A stretch of 28,372 nt of DNA from a virus (IMGVR_UViG_2734482782_000001:1-28372), one strand, 5' to 3'. Positions 16,330 to 24,605 are shown, counted from the first letter of the stretch. A program made the numbers and translations. Notes: generated from the sequence alone by a model not told the origin.

Positions 16330-17082
16330 TCATTTTCTCGGTGCAGGAATCTGTACTTCAGACCAGCATTTGCAGTTTGGCAAACATCCGGCGTGTCCGG
16401 TCATGCCGTCCAGCGTCGGCGGGTTATCCCAGCGCACAAATTTATCTTTCATCTTGCGGTGAGAATCGCGCGTTCCGGCCCCTTCGATACGCCACCAGTA
16501 GCCCTCTGAGCCAACCGAAAGGGCTCTGGCCTGCGTCAGCGCGCCGGTAGCTCGTCCAATCTCTGTACGGGCAATCAGCTGCGCCCTGCTGGCGGCCACG
16601 TCACCGGAGGCCATGATCATCTCGTAGAGCTCATCCGGACGTTCACCAGTGATAACCGCCTGCATTGCGCGCTGTTGTATGTCCATCACGCGATCGGCTG
16701 CTTCCAGCGGTAGGGACTTCATCAGCTGAATCTGGCGGTATACGATATCCTGCGCCACCTGCCCGATGGGGGTATTACCCACCACATCGCGCAGGCCAGC
16801 GCCGATTTCCTCAGATACCGATTTCCACTGATTCCATTCCTCCAGCTCGACCTGGGCAAACATCTTTCGCCCGACCTGCTCTGCCCAGTCGTTGATTACC
16901 TCGGAATAGTCCACCAGCGTTTTCGAAATGCTGTCAGCGCTAGTCTGTGAACCATCGTAGGTACCATCGACGATCTGCCCTATCTGGTTTGCTATCGCCA
17001 ACAGGCTTTTTCGATACTGGATCTCCGAACGGCGGCGGAGGGATGGTTTCAGGTTCATCCTCCTCCCACTGGGCCTTCGCAT
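16330..17082 (-). CDS. Head morphogenesis protein (Mu F / SPP1 gp7-like position)
   Basis: 250-aa ORF, ATG with GAGGA RBS, directly downstream of the portal gene. Confidence 0.5.
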   Translation of the reverse strand: MRRPSGRRMNLKPSLRRRSEIQYRKSLLAIANQIGQIVDGTYDGSQTSADSISKTLVDYSEVINDWAEQVGRKMFAQVELEEWNQWKSVSEEIGAGLRDVVGNTPIGQVAQDIVYRQIQLMKSLPLEAADRVMDIQQRAMQAVITGERPDELYEMIMASGDVAASRAQLIARTEIGRATGALTQARALSVGSEGYWWRIEGAGTRDSHRKMKDKFVRWDNPPTLDGMTGHAGCLPNCKCWSEVQIPAPRK

Positions 17083-18403
17083 CTTCTATGTCCTCGTCAG
17101 TGATAGAACCACCGATCCCAATCACATCAGAAATGTTCCTGAGGTCGTTAAGCGCGGCTGCCGGAGGCATTCCGAGGTCACGAACGGCGGTACCGAGTGC
17201 AGTAACCACATTGTTCGCCATCGTTGCGCGGTCCACGTCTGACATCTCCCAGAGCTTGTTAAACTCGAAAGTAAAATCGTCAGGTAGTGGTTCACCGAAC
17301 AGAGAACGCCAGGAGATATCGAGCAGCCAGCGGATATGGCGGCGTAAGCGTCTCTCCTGCAGCGAGTTAACCCGGCTGTAGTAGTTTTCCAGATCGCCGT
17401 CGCCAGTGTTGAAACCTGCAGGGGACTGCCCGAACAGACGGACGAGAGGAATTCCCGTCGCGCCGGAAACCTGCTCAGCAAAGCGCAGAAGGACATCAGC
17501 GATACCCGCAAACGTATAGCTGTGGGTTTCGAACTTATCCTTACCATCCATGATGGTCATGCCTTCGATGGTCTGGAACTGACGTATCATGTCCAGGTGC
17601 TTCATCAGCGCCTTTTCAAGGTCGCCTCCGGCAGCAAGAATCTTGCGCAGGTCTTCAATGCTGTAGGTCCGCAGATGTGCTTTGTGGATCAGCTGTGTGG
17701 TGCCGACCGTCGCAGTATCAAACGCCTCGATACGCTCGAAAATACGCTCAACAACAGACATCCCCCAGCCGTTTTCCGTCTGGGCCTGCTGGAAAGGTAG
17801 CGTATCGCCCTCCATACGGATAACGCGGCTGTGGTGGATCTTCCAGGGGGGAATCCCCTGCTGGTTCGTGATTACCTTGTAATATTTCGGTTTCCCAAAA
17901 TCGGGGCCGTAATCGGTAACGAGGTCGTAGTAACTCGGGTTAACCATCCAGCGGTCAAGGCTCATCACGCCCTTAAACTGCCCCTCTTTGATGCGATCCA
18001 GCTTCAGTGGGGAGGACATATCCTGCCCTTCAAGCAGGACCACCAGCACCGCGCCACCATACAATCGTGACCATTTGAGGTTATCGTTAAGCCCATCCCA
18101 TATAGCCAGCTCATCCCAGAAGGTTTCGAGCTTGCCCTTTTGTCCGGGTTTCAGCTTTGAGCTGATGTTAATCCCCTTGCGGGTCATATCATCGGCCATC
18201 GCGTCCACACCGGCACCAACGAGGAACGATGAACGATACGCAAACTCCAGCATCACCCTGTTACGGCTGATGTAGCCGGGCATGTACATTCCGCCCGTCT
18301 GGATGTTTCTCGTGTCGCTGCCAAGTTTGGCCGTGAAATTGTTGTACCCGTCAGCTGTCGCAACGGGCTTTTGTGCGCCGTTCTGGCGTTTCTTACGGGA
18401 CAT
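16940..18403 (-). CDS. Portal protein
   Basis: The track starts at TTG 18436. The in-frame ATG at 18403 (MSRKKRQNGA...) sits right after the TerL stop (TGAcATG). About 490 aa, acidic C-terminus, position after TerL. Confidence 0.7.
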   Translation of the reverse strand: MSRKKRQNGAQKPVATADGYNNFTAKLGSDTRNIQTGGMYMPGYISRNRVMLEFAYRSSFLVGAGVDAMADDMTRKGINISSKLKPGQKGKLETFWDELAIWDGLNDNLKWSRLYGGAVLVVLLEGQDMSSPLKLDRIKEGQFKGVMSLDRWMVNPSYYDLVTDYGPDFGKPKYYKVITNQQGIPPWKIHHSRVIRMEGDTLPFQQAQTENGWGMSVVERIFERIEAFDTATVGTTQLIHKAHLRTYSIEDLRKILAAGGDLEKALMKHLDMIRQFQTIEGMTIMDGKDKFETHSYTFAGIADVLLRFAEQVSGATGIPLVRLFGQSPAGFNTGDGDLENYYSRVNSLQERRLRRHIRWLLDISWRSLFGEPLPDDFTFEFNKLWEMSDVDRATMANNVVTALGTAVRDLGMPPAAALNDLRNISDVIGIGGSITDEDIEDAKAQWEEDEPETIPPPPFGDPVSKKPVGDSKPDRADRRWYLRWFTD

Positions 18404-18404
18404 G

Positions 18405-20036
18405 TCACGCTCCGGCCAGTTTGGCCCAATTATCAAGAGAGGAATCCATCGGCGCGTAGTTAATCATCACGGCGTCTGCGAGGTTCGGCGATTTTGTGCC
18501 TTCCGGCTGTTTATCCACGAGGATTTTACCGACGGCATTTTTCGACCACGTAGGCTGTGAAAGCTCCATCAGCAGGCGGTCAATATTTTCTATCTCGCTG
18601 CTTATCGAAATGATTTCGTCGGGGTTATAGTCCATCCCGTTCAGCGCCCGGAAGGTGTTCCGAAACAGCTTGCGGAGATGCCACCAGCTCTGCGCTTTCG
18701 CGTTCGCGAAGAAGTCTTTATTCAGGCGCGCCGCTTTACCGTTATCACCAGGAACGGCTTCATCTTCCGGATCGAATACGCTACCGCTACCACGGAAAGG
18801 CGTAGCTGTGATTGTTCCCCGGCCTTCAGCCTGCCTGAGCTCGTTTATCACGCGAGCATCGCCACGTGCACCAGCACCTAGACCGTCCTCATCGAAACGG
18901 AACTCATCCAGACCGTAATCGTCACAGTACCCAAACGATTTAACGACAGAAGCGTATATGTCGCTGCCAATGCCAGACCATTCGTGAACGTTCTGCAGAA
19001 GGAAGCCATAGCGGCAAGAAAAGCCGTTTTTGTCTTTCCCTTCGTCTGCTATATCCATTGCGCCGAGGCGCTGGCCGCTGGGCTGAATACCCAGTTTGAT
19101 ATGCGCGTCGACGGCAGCCTGCACCCATTCAGAAGGAATGAGAATCCCCTCTGTGGATGCGCTGTAGTTCAGGTCCAGTTCCTGAGCAACGATAATCGGA
19201 TCATCAATTTTCAGACATTCGTTGCGGTACCACTCATCATCCTTGCGCGGGTCGCTGCGCCAGTGGAACGTAAACACCGGGATATTTCCGCTGTGGCGCT
19301 TACGGGCAAACGGGTTATTCATGCCGTTGACGGATGAGAGGTCTATACGGCAGCGGGTCGTCTGAGAGAGCGCAGCATCGATGAGTAATGGCCGTTTGAG
19401 AAATGCCGACTCATCCACGAAATAAAGCGTGGTACGGTCACCACGGCCAATGTTATCGCCAGCCTCTCCCTTAATGACCGCGCCCGTTTCCGGGAACTCC
19501 ACGCGCATGTAAGGGGCATGTTTTTTGTCACTCCATGAACCGCGAAACTCAACCGGCAGCAGCTCGACAAACTTCCGTGCCTTCCAGAACAGCGCTTTCG
19601 GATCGCCGGTGCTATCGACATATTCCTCTTTACGGGAACCGAACCCGATCACCATTTCTTTGTTGAACAGGCAAAGCGAACAGGCCAGACCGATAGAGGT
19701 CCAGCTCAGCCCCATTTCGCGGCTTTTTTCTGTCAGTCCATGCTCAAGACTGGCGCGCCTGTCCATGATCCAGTTAATCCATTCCTCCTGGCGGGGGAAC
19801 AGCAAAAACGGGATGGTGGCAGGCAGGCCATAATCGAGGTTACGCGGGTCCGTCGTCATACCCCAGTCGATGATGAACTGGGCCGGGTTAGTGCGGTAAA
19901 ACTCACGGAGTGCCGGAAGCATTACAGGCGCTTTCCTGATCCGCTCCAGCCTCTCCATTCTCCACTCAAACACGGCGGTATAGTCCGGTTTGCGGAAGTC
20001 AAAGGGGAACGGGATCGGCACAGAAAAATTCCTCAA
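18405..20036 (-). CDS. Terminase large subunit
   Basis: 543-aa ORF between the TerS-like gene and portal; contains a Walker-B-like LYFVDESAF. Start ambiguous: TTG 20036 (track), GTG 20021 with GAGGAA RBS, or ATG 19958. Confidence 0.7.
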   Translation of the reverse strand: MRNFSVPIPFPFDFRKPDYTAVFEWRMERLERIRKAPVMLPALREFYRTNPAQFIIDWGMTTDPRNLDYGLPATIPFLLFPRQEEWINWIMDRRASLEHGLTEKSREMGLSWTSIGLACSLCLFNKEMVIGFGSRKEEYVDSTGDPKALFWKARKFVELLPVEFRGSWSDKKHAPYMRVEFPETGAVIKGEAGDNIGRGDRTTLYFVDESAFLKRPLLIDAALSQTTRCRIDLSSVNGMNNPFARKRHSGNIPVFTFHWRSDPRKDDEWYRNECLKIDDPIIVAQELDLNYSASTEGILIPSEWVQAAVDAHIKLGIQPSGQRLGAMDIADEGKDKNGFSCRYGFLLQNVHEWSGIGSDIYASVVKSFGYCDDYGLDEFRFDEDGLGAGARGDARVINELRQAEGRGTITATPFRGSGSVFDPEDEAVPGDNGKAARLNKDFFANAKAQSWWHLRKLFRNTFRALNGMDYNPDEIISISSEIENIDRLLMELSQPTWSKNAVGKILVDKQPEGTKSPNLADAVMINYAPMDSSLDNWAKLAGA

Positions 20037-20046
20037 AAACGCCCCG

Positions 20047-20078
20047 ATTTAACATAATGGTCGTTACCCGCACTGGCG
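20047..20078 (-). repeat. Conserved 32-bp intergenic element, copy B (between terS and terL)
   Basis: Plus ATTTAACATAATGGTCGTTACCCGCACTGGCG; 27/32 identical to copy A. Confidence 0.6.
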
Positions 20079-20219
20079 CAACAGCACCCATCACGCAAAC
20101 GGCGTGAAGCCTCTGTTTTGAACAGAAAAGTGGTCAAATCGAGATGAATAAAACGTGCATAAAACGGGTCAAAAAGTGCATAGCGTTTTTACGGTTCGAA
20201 ACGCCTGTTTTTGCAATTT

Positions 20220-20822
20220 TCAGCCCAGGTATTTTTTGTAGATATCTGCTGCTTCCTGCGGGGTCAGGTTCGCCGCGTCGGCTTTGGCTGTCTCGTCCAT
20301 ATTGTTGAACGATTCGAAAATCTTCGGTGCTTCCAGCTCCATAAGCAGGGTTGCCGGAACTTTTACCCCCTCAGCCTCAAGCAGCTGCGCCGCCTCCAGC
20401 GCGGAGTATTTCCCGGCCACCTTATGTTTCATCACCTCGCGAAGCACATCACGCTGACGTTCTTCCTCGCTATAGACGCTGGTACCAAGACCGAGCACCT
20501 TTGAGAAAACAGCAATATCGTTGTGCGTGGGCAGCACATCTTCAATCGTGGTTTTCACACCATCCGGCGATGTGGTGACAACTTTCCGTTTACGAACGTC
20601 CAGGCTCTTACCGGCGACGCGGTTTATTTTCTCTCTGAGAGCTTCGCGAGCCTCAGTGAAAGCGCGCTCAAACTCGATATTCTCTTTACGCCAGCGACGG
20701 ATCGTCGTCTCGTCCACACCTAAGCGCTGAGCAACCATCCGATTGCTGATTTTGCTACGGGCTAATGCCATGTCCATAACGATACCGACGTAGGCTTTTC
20801 TGAAGCTTTTTTTAGGAGCCAT
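20220..20822 (-). CDS. Terminase small subunit (HTH DNA-binding)
   Basis: 200-aa ORF, ATG start, immediately upstream of TerL. N-terminal HTH-like SNRMVAQRLGVDETTIRRWR. Confidence 0.6.
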   Translation of the reverse strand: MAPKKSFRKAYVGIVMDMALARSKISNRMVAQRLGVDETTIRRWRKENIEFERAFTEAREALREKINRVAGKSLDVRKRKVVTTSPDGVKTTIEDVLPTHNDIAVFSKVLGLGTSVYSEEERQRDVLREVMKHKVAGKYSALEAAQLLEAEGVKVPATLLMELEAPKIFESFNNMDETAKADAANLTPQEAADIYKKYLG

Positions 20823-20880
20823 ACTTCCGCCTAAGTCAATGTGATTATTTTTTGTTCAAAATCCAATTTCTCCGATCCGG

Positions 20881-20974
20881 GTGCGGCGTATCACACGGTA
20901 AATTCTGGCGTGCAGGCCGCGTCCTCTCTGGTGCCAAGTGCGGCATATCAGAGGGGGTAAAAATGCGGCATATC
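20881..20974. repeat. Three direct repeats (G/A)TGCGGC(G/A)TATC between int and terS
   Basis: Copies at about 20881-20893, 20938-20950 and 20963-20974. An 8-bp inverted repeat ATAGTGGA-N13-TCCACTAT follows at about 21031-21059. Confidence 0.6.
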
Positions 20975-21066
20975 CTTTTTTTCGGGAAAACTGCGATTTG
21001 ATGCCCGGAGGCCGCGCAGAATGGGGAGATAGTGGATCGCCCTAATATTTCCACTATGTGGATAAC

Positions 21067-22071
21067 TCAGTCTAAATCCATCTCCACCACTTCACCGAAC
21101 AGGTGACCGTAAACGTCCATTGTGGTTTTGATGTTCGAATGCCCAATAAGTCGGGAAACCTTCAGAATATCGACGCCTTTGTTTGCCAGGCGAGATACAG
21201 CAAAGTGGCGAAGATGATGGAATCGTTTAATGCCATAGTCGTTCAGGGTTCTGACGAGAACGCCCTGAGTGCCGTAGCTGGTAGCAAGGCATGCGCCGGT
21301 AAACTGGTTGCAGATAAGAGGCTCAGAGGTACCGAGTTTACTTTTATCCAGCAACGCGAAAAGCTCACGCGGCATCCGTACCCGGCGCTCCACTCCTCTT
21401 TTCAGCCCCTCATGTATAACGCCGTCAACAACATGCCCCCGGATGTCGATCCAGTCGGCTGACACGTCGTTATAAGTAACAGCCAGAGCCTCACCGATGC
21501 GCAGGCCACAAATCCCGAGCCAGCACGCGATTCGCTCACGAACTGGCGCGTTATTCAGTAGCTCCCTGACCGATGATGATGGCGGTATGGTGATGGGTCG
21601 ACGCTTCCGGCGCGCGGGACGGTCAACAGGGTTAAAAGTGATGAGCCGTTTTTCCACCAGCAGGAAGAAAGCCGAACGAATCCAGCGATGGCAGCCGGTG
21701 CGAACCGAATCAACGATATCGCGATGGCTGATATGGAGAATATTTTTTTCCAGTATCGGCCCGTCTACAGCGAGAAGATCGTGACGGCATTTCGTATATG
21801 ACGACAGCCGTATGATATTTTTTTCCAGCTTGCCGGCCTGATACCCCAGATAAAACAGAATTAACTTTCGGAAAGTCCAGGAATGGTCTATTCCGGTCCA
21901 GCTGGCAGTTCGACAATCCAGCTCGATATTCTGTTTTTGCCAGAAAAGATGTGCGGCATCATCAATATTCTTAAAAATGCGGCGGCGTCCATGACCGGAT
22001 TTTTCATCCTTCCAGTGGACGTAATATTTTGATTGTCCATTGGCATCAGTGGATTCTTTTATCGAAGCCAT
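21067..22071 (-). CDS. int: Tyrosine-type site-specific recombinase / integrase
   Basis: The track starts at TTG 22080; the ATG at 22071 has a GAGGA RBS 9 nt upstream. C-terminal HLRHFAVSRL and GHSNIKTTMDVYGHL match the H-x-x-R and catalytic Tyr pattern of the tyrosine recombinase family. Confidence 0.8.
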   Translation of the reverse strand: MASIKESTDANGQSKYYVHWKDEKSGHGRRRIFKNIDDAAHLFWQKQNIELDCRTASWTGIDHSWTFRKLILFYLGYQAGKLEKNIIRLSSYTKCRHDLLAVDGPILEKNILHISHRDIVDSVRTGCHRWIRSAFFLLVEKRLITFNPVDRPARRKRRPITIPPSSSVRELLNNAPVRERIACWLGICGLRIGEALAVTYNDVSADWIDIRGHVVDGVIHEGLKRGVERRVRMPRELFALLDKSKLGTSEPLICNQFTGACLATSYGTQGVLVRTLNDYGIKRFHHLRHFAVSRLANKGVDILKVSRLIGHSNIKTTMDVYGHLFGEVVEMDLD

Positions 22072-22250
22072 GCTGAACAATCCTCACTCAAAAAACATTA
22101 TCAAAGCCACTCGCCGAATGGATTTGATAATGCTAATAAAAATGTCTCGGAAGCTATCCTTCTGTGCTCCCAATCAAGCTTTGCCGTTGCACCCTCATCA
22201 TATGAAAAAGTTCATGATACATTATGCTTTTATCAACTGAGGTGATCGCG

Positions 22251-22502
22251 ATGTCTGAACTCGAAAGTAGAGTTAATGAACTTGAAACAGAAAATGAAGA
22301 ATTGAAGTTAGAAATTCAAGCTTTGCGAATTGCAGTGGTAACTATCTCTTCTGTCGTAAACGAGGCTGTCGGCAAAACGGCTGGCTTAATGGGTAACACC
22401 ATTGAGGAAAGTTTGATTTTTGATGAAGACTTAGACCAAGATGAAGAGCGCTTCAACAAAATGAAATCAAAATTAGTTCACCTTTTAGGCAAAAAAGAGT
22501 AG
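22251..22502 (+). CDS. Small acidic coiled-coil protein, function unknown
   Basis: Only convincing plus-strand gene. ATG at 22251 with GAGGTGA RBS (the track's upstream ATG at 22224 has no SD). 83 aa, glutamate-rich heptad pattern (ELESRVNELETENEELKLEIQALR). AT-rich; convergent with the lysis operon. Confidence 0.6.
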   Translation: MSELESRVNELETENEELKLEIQALRIAVVTISSVVNEAVGKTAGLMGNTIEESLIFDEDLDQDEERFNKMKSKLVHLLGKKE

Positions 22503-22533
22503 TAACCACCTTTCCCTCTTGTTTTTAATAAAA

Positions 22534-22558
22534 TCGTCGCCAGCAGTGACTGGCGGCG
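22534..22558 (-). terminator. Terminator-like hairpin between convergent Rz and the plus-strand small gene
   Basis: 9-bp stem CGTCGCCAG/CTGGCGGCG with one mismatch; on the minus transcript it is followed by AUUUUAUUAAAAA. Confidence 0.45.
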
Positions 22559-22572
22559 AAATTGACTTATGT

Positions 22573-23118
22573 TTATTTCCTTTCATCCTCTATTTGACGT
22601 ATTCCAGCCAGCTGATTATTCGCTTTTTCGATGGCGGCCAGTAGCGGCTTGATCCAAAGAACAGCCTGGCAATACGTCAGCGAGCTGGTGGAAGCGGCAC
22701 TATCACCGGCTGCGTCAGCGCTCCCGGAATCGGTGTGCATTGCGCTGGCACGTAGACGGTGCGTGTATTCGAGCAGCCCACCAGCGACATCAGCAGGAAC
22801 AGGCAGATCACAGGTTTTTTCACGGCGGAGAATCTCCCGGTACTCCATAACAGTTTTATCGGAGCTGGCATCAATCAATGAGTTAAGTCGGCTGGCGTTT
22901 TCGGCCACCTGGTTAAACCGGTTGAAGTTGAAAGCCTGAGCAGCGATAACCGTCCCCTGCAGGTTGTTGTCACTGCGCAGAACGTCATTATCACTCTTCA
23001 GCGTAGCAACGTCAGAGCGGCTGTTTGCAAGCAGGACACACAGCCCGGCGACTACCGCAATGACGGCAACCAGCAGTATCAGACGCCATGAGGCTTTGAT
23101 ATCTGTAAAGGTGATCAT
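22573..23118 (-). CDS. Rz-like inner-membrane spanin (i-spanin)
   Basis: 181-aa ORF, ATG overlapping the endolysin stop (ATGA). N-terminal TM helix WRLILLVAVIAVVAGLCVLLA followed by a periplasmic helical domain. Last gene of the lysis cassette. Confidence 0.7.
   Translation of the reverse strand: MITFTDIKASWRLILLVAVIAVVAGLCVLLANSRSDVATLKSDNDVLRSDNNLQGTVIAAQAFNFNRFNQVAENASRLNSLIDASSDKTVMEYREILRREKTCDLPVPADVAGGLLEYTHRLRASAMHTDSGSADAAGDSAASTSSLTYCQAVLWIKPLLAAIEKANNQLAGIRQIEDERK
22677..22871 (-). CDS. Rz1-like outer-membrane lipoprotein spanin (o-spanin), embedded in Rz in another frame
   Basis: ORF entirely inside Rz. Lipobox L-V-G-C preceded by a hydrophobic stretch (KKPVICLFLLMSLVGC); proline-rich mature part (PAQCTPIPGALTQPVIVPLPPAR). 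Start codon uncertain. Confidence 0.55.
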   Translation of the reverse strand: MPAPIKLLWSTGRFSAVKKPVICLFLLMSLVGCSNTRTVYVPAQCTPIPGALTQPVIVPLPPAR

Positions 23119-23639
23119 TTCAGACCATCCAGGCAGAGCTGTTTCTCTGCGTCGCGCCGCTTAACCAGGCCCGGGAGAATAGTCTTCCCTGCATACACCC
23201 AGCGGGGGAACTGGTTACAGGCCGATGGCCACGCCGATTTCTGCTCGCGAAATAATGCAAACATTGTCGACTGCTTCATCGTTGGGCACCCGACGTTAAA
23301 GGTAATTGACGTTACCGCAGAAAAGGTATTGTCGCTGAGATTTTTGCCGTTGGCATACCGGTTAACACAGGATTCAGCATCGAGGATATTTTTTTCCCAT
23401 TCCGCCGCGATCTGCTGGTCATTTTTAACTGTGCCGGGTTTAACCCCGTGGGTGTTGCCCATGCCATCGGTGAGCACACCGGCGGGGCACACATAAGGAT
23501 CACGACGACATGATTCCGCATTACCGATGAGCTCAAGGCCGCGCTCATTGGTTCGAACATGCCCGTTACCGAGCACTATCGCGATGATCGCAGCAACTGA
23601 ACAAACAATACCCGCAGCACCTGCCTTTTTATTTTGCAT
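23115..23639 (-). CDS. SAR endolysin (T4-lysozyme-like, phage 21 R-type)
   Basis: 174 aa, ATG start. N-terminal weakly hydrophobic Gly/Ala-rich signal-anchor AGAAGIVCSVAAIIAIVLG, then a lysozyme-like domain. C-terminal RWVYAGKTILPGLVKRRDAEKQLCL resembles the phage-21 lysozyme C-terminus recalled from memory. Confidence 0.7.
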   Translation of the reverse strand: MQNKKAGAAGIVCSVAAIIAIVLGNGHVRTNERGLELIGNAESCRRDPYVCPAGVLTDGMGNTHGVKPGTVKNDQQIAAEWEKNILDAESCVNRYANGKNLSDNTFSAVTSITFNVGCPTMKQSTMFALFREQKSAWPSACNQFPRWVYAGKTILPGLVKRRDAEKQLCLDGLK

Positions 23640-23946
23640 TTGCGTTTATCCTGTTAATGGCATCTGTAACAACCTTGACGCTTGCCGGACGATCCGCAGG
23701 AGGTAATTTTCGGGCATCATCAAAATATTTTTCCAGCAACTGAGTGCGGCGTTGGTCCTCTTTATGGAGTTTTCTGGCGTCAAGCCGACCGGATATAAAA
23801 GAGGCCAGAGAAAGAAGTACGCCAATCAGACCGAAAAACATGAAAACCATGTCCTGGGTTGAAAATCCCAGAGCCGCTGATACAGCTGCCAGCCACGCGA
23901 AAAACTGGGTAATTACATTACCTGACTGGTCATTCATACGATGCAT
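23629..23946 (-). CDS. Holin with dual-start (MHRM) motif
   Basis: 105 aa; two hydrophobic TM segments (ITQFFAWLAAVSAALGF and MVFMFFGLIGVLLSLASFI) and a charged C-terminus. Two in-frame Mets at codons 1 and 4 with a GGAGGT SD. Overlaps the endolysin start by 11 nt. Confidence 0.7.
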   Translation of the reverse strand: MHRMNDQSGNVITQFFAWLAAVSAALGFSTQDMVFMFFGLIGVLLSLASFISGRLDARKLHKEDQRRTQLLEKYFDDARKLPPADRPASVKVVTDAINRINANAK

Positions 23947-24007
23947 TCCACACCTCCGGGTCCGGGGTGCTGTGTGTTAAAAAAAGAAGTTAAATTTTAC
24001 GGAAAAC

Positions 24008-24559
24008 TTACGGCAGAGCATTTGATAGAGCCTCTTCGAGGCCGAGACGCCGGAAGCACTTAAGCGCTGTCTGGCGGCTGCTGTTGATGATATTTACCTT
24101 ACCGGCCAGCGCTCTGGCAGTATTGGCAAACTCACCGCGCCATCGCGTGACACTCTCTGCTGTAGGGTTATCCAGCCCGACGTGATCACCATGCCAGTGA
24201 CTGCCGCAATTAATGGAGCAGTCAAACCCTAACAGGATGATGTTTTTCGCCCCCAGGCTGGCAGCAAAGAGAATCGAGCGCTGCCCGGAGTTGAAGGCCC
24301 ACCGGGTATCTGTATCAAACAGATTTAGCCCATAGCGTTTATGAGCCCGGTAATTACAGGTCCAGCGAGAGGCGGAGGACGGTAGAACATCGATGTTTGC
24401 ATCCCACCAGCGCAGATCACCCGCGTAAATGTATTCACAATCAGGCACGGCTTGCCAGGTGGAGTTAACAGCAATAACCGGCAGCCCCGATCCGGAGCTC
24501 AGTTCGCAATCTGATTTATTGAGAGACGGGCCGGATGCACAAATGATGAATGTATTCAT
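24008..24559 (-). CDS. Hypothetical cargo protein with GPSL Rossmann-like motif (DUF115 / GT42 glycosyltransferase-like)
   Basis: 183 aa, ATG start. N-terminal IICASGPSL, central ILFAASLGAKNIILLGFD, and HWHGDH; these resemble motifs of CstII-type sialyltransferases / MAF-DUF115 proteins as I recall them. Lies between the tR'-like terminator and the holin. Confidence 0.55.
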   Translation of the reverse strand: MNTFIICASGPSLNKSDCELSSGSGLPVIAVNSTWQAVPDCEYIYAGDLRWWDANIDVLPSSASRWTCNYRAHKRYGLNLFDTDTRWAFNSGQRSILFAASLGAKNIILLGFDCSINCGSHWHGDHVGLDNPTAESVTRWRGEFANTARALAGKVNIINSSRQTALKCFRRLGLEEALSNALP

Positions 24560-24582
24560 TCGCGGCGATCAAATTTAGGCAT

Positions 24583-24605
24583 AAAAAAACCCGCTCGGAG
24601 GCGGG
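24583..24605 (-). terminator. Rho-independent terminator (tR'-like) downstream of the Q-like gene
   Basis: Plus AAAAAAACCCGCtcggagGCGGGTTT; on the minus transcript the GC stem is followed by U7. 24 nt upstream of the 183-aa cargo gene. Confidence 0.7.

Noticed and set aside
20881-20974. CRISPR array
   Set aside because: Only three short (about 11 bp) repeats with unequal spacing (57 and 25 bp) and no repeat-spacer periodicity. No array-like pattern was seen elsewhere in the window.
20823-22250. tRNA gene next to the integrase as integration target
   Set aside because: I saw no cloverleaf-compatible sequence or conserved tRNA T-loop motif (GTTCRANYC) in the regions flanking int. A dedicated tRNA scan was not possible.
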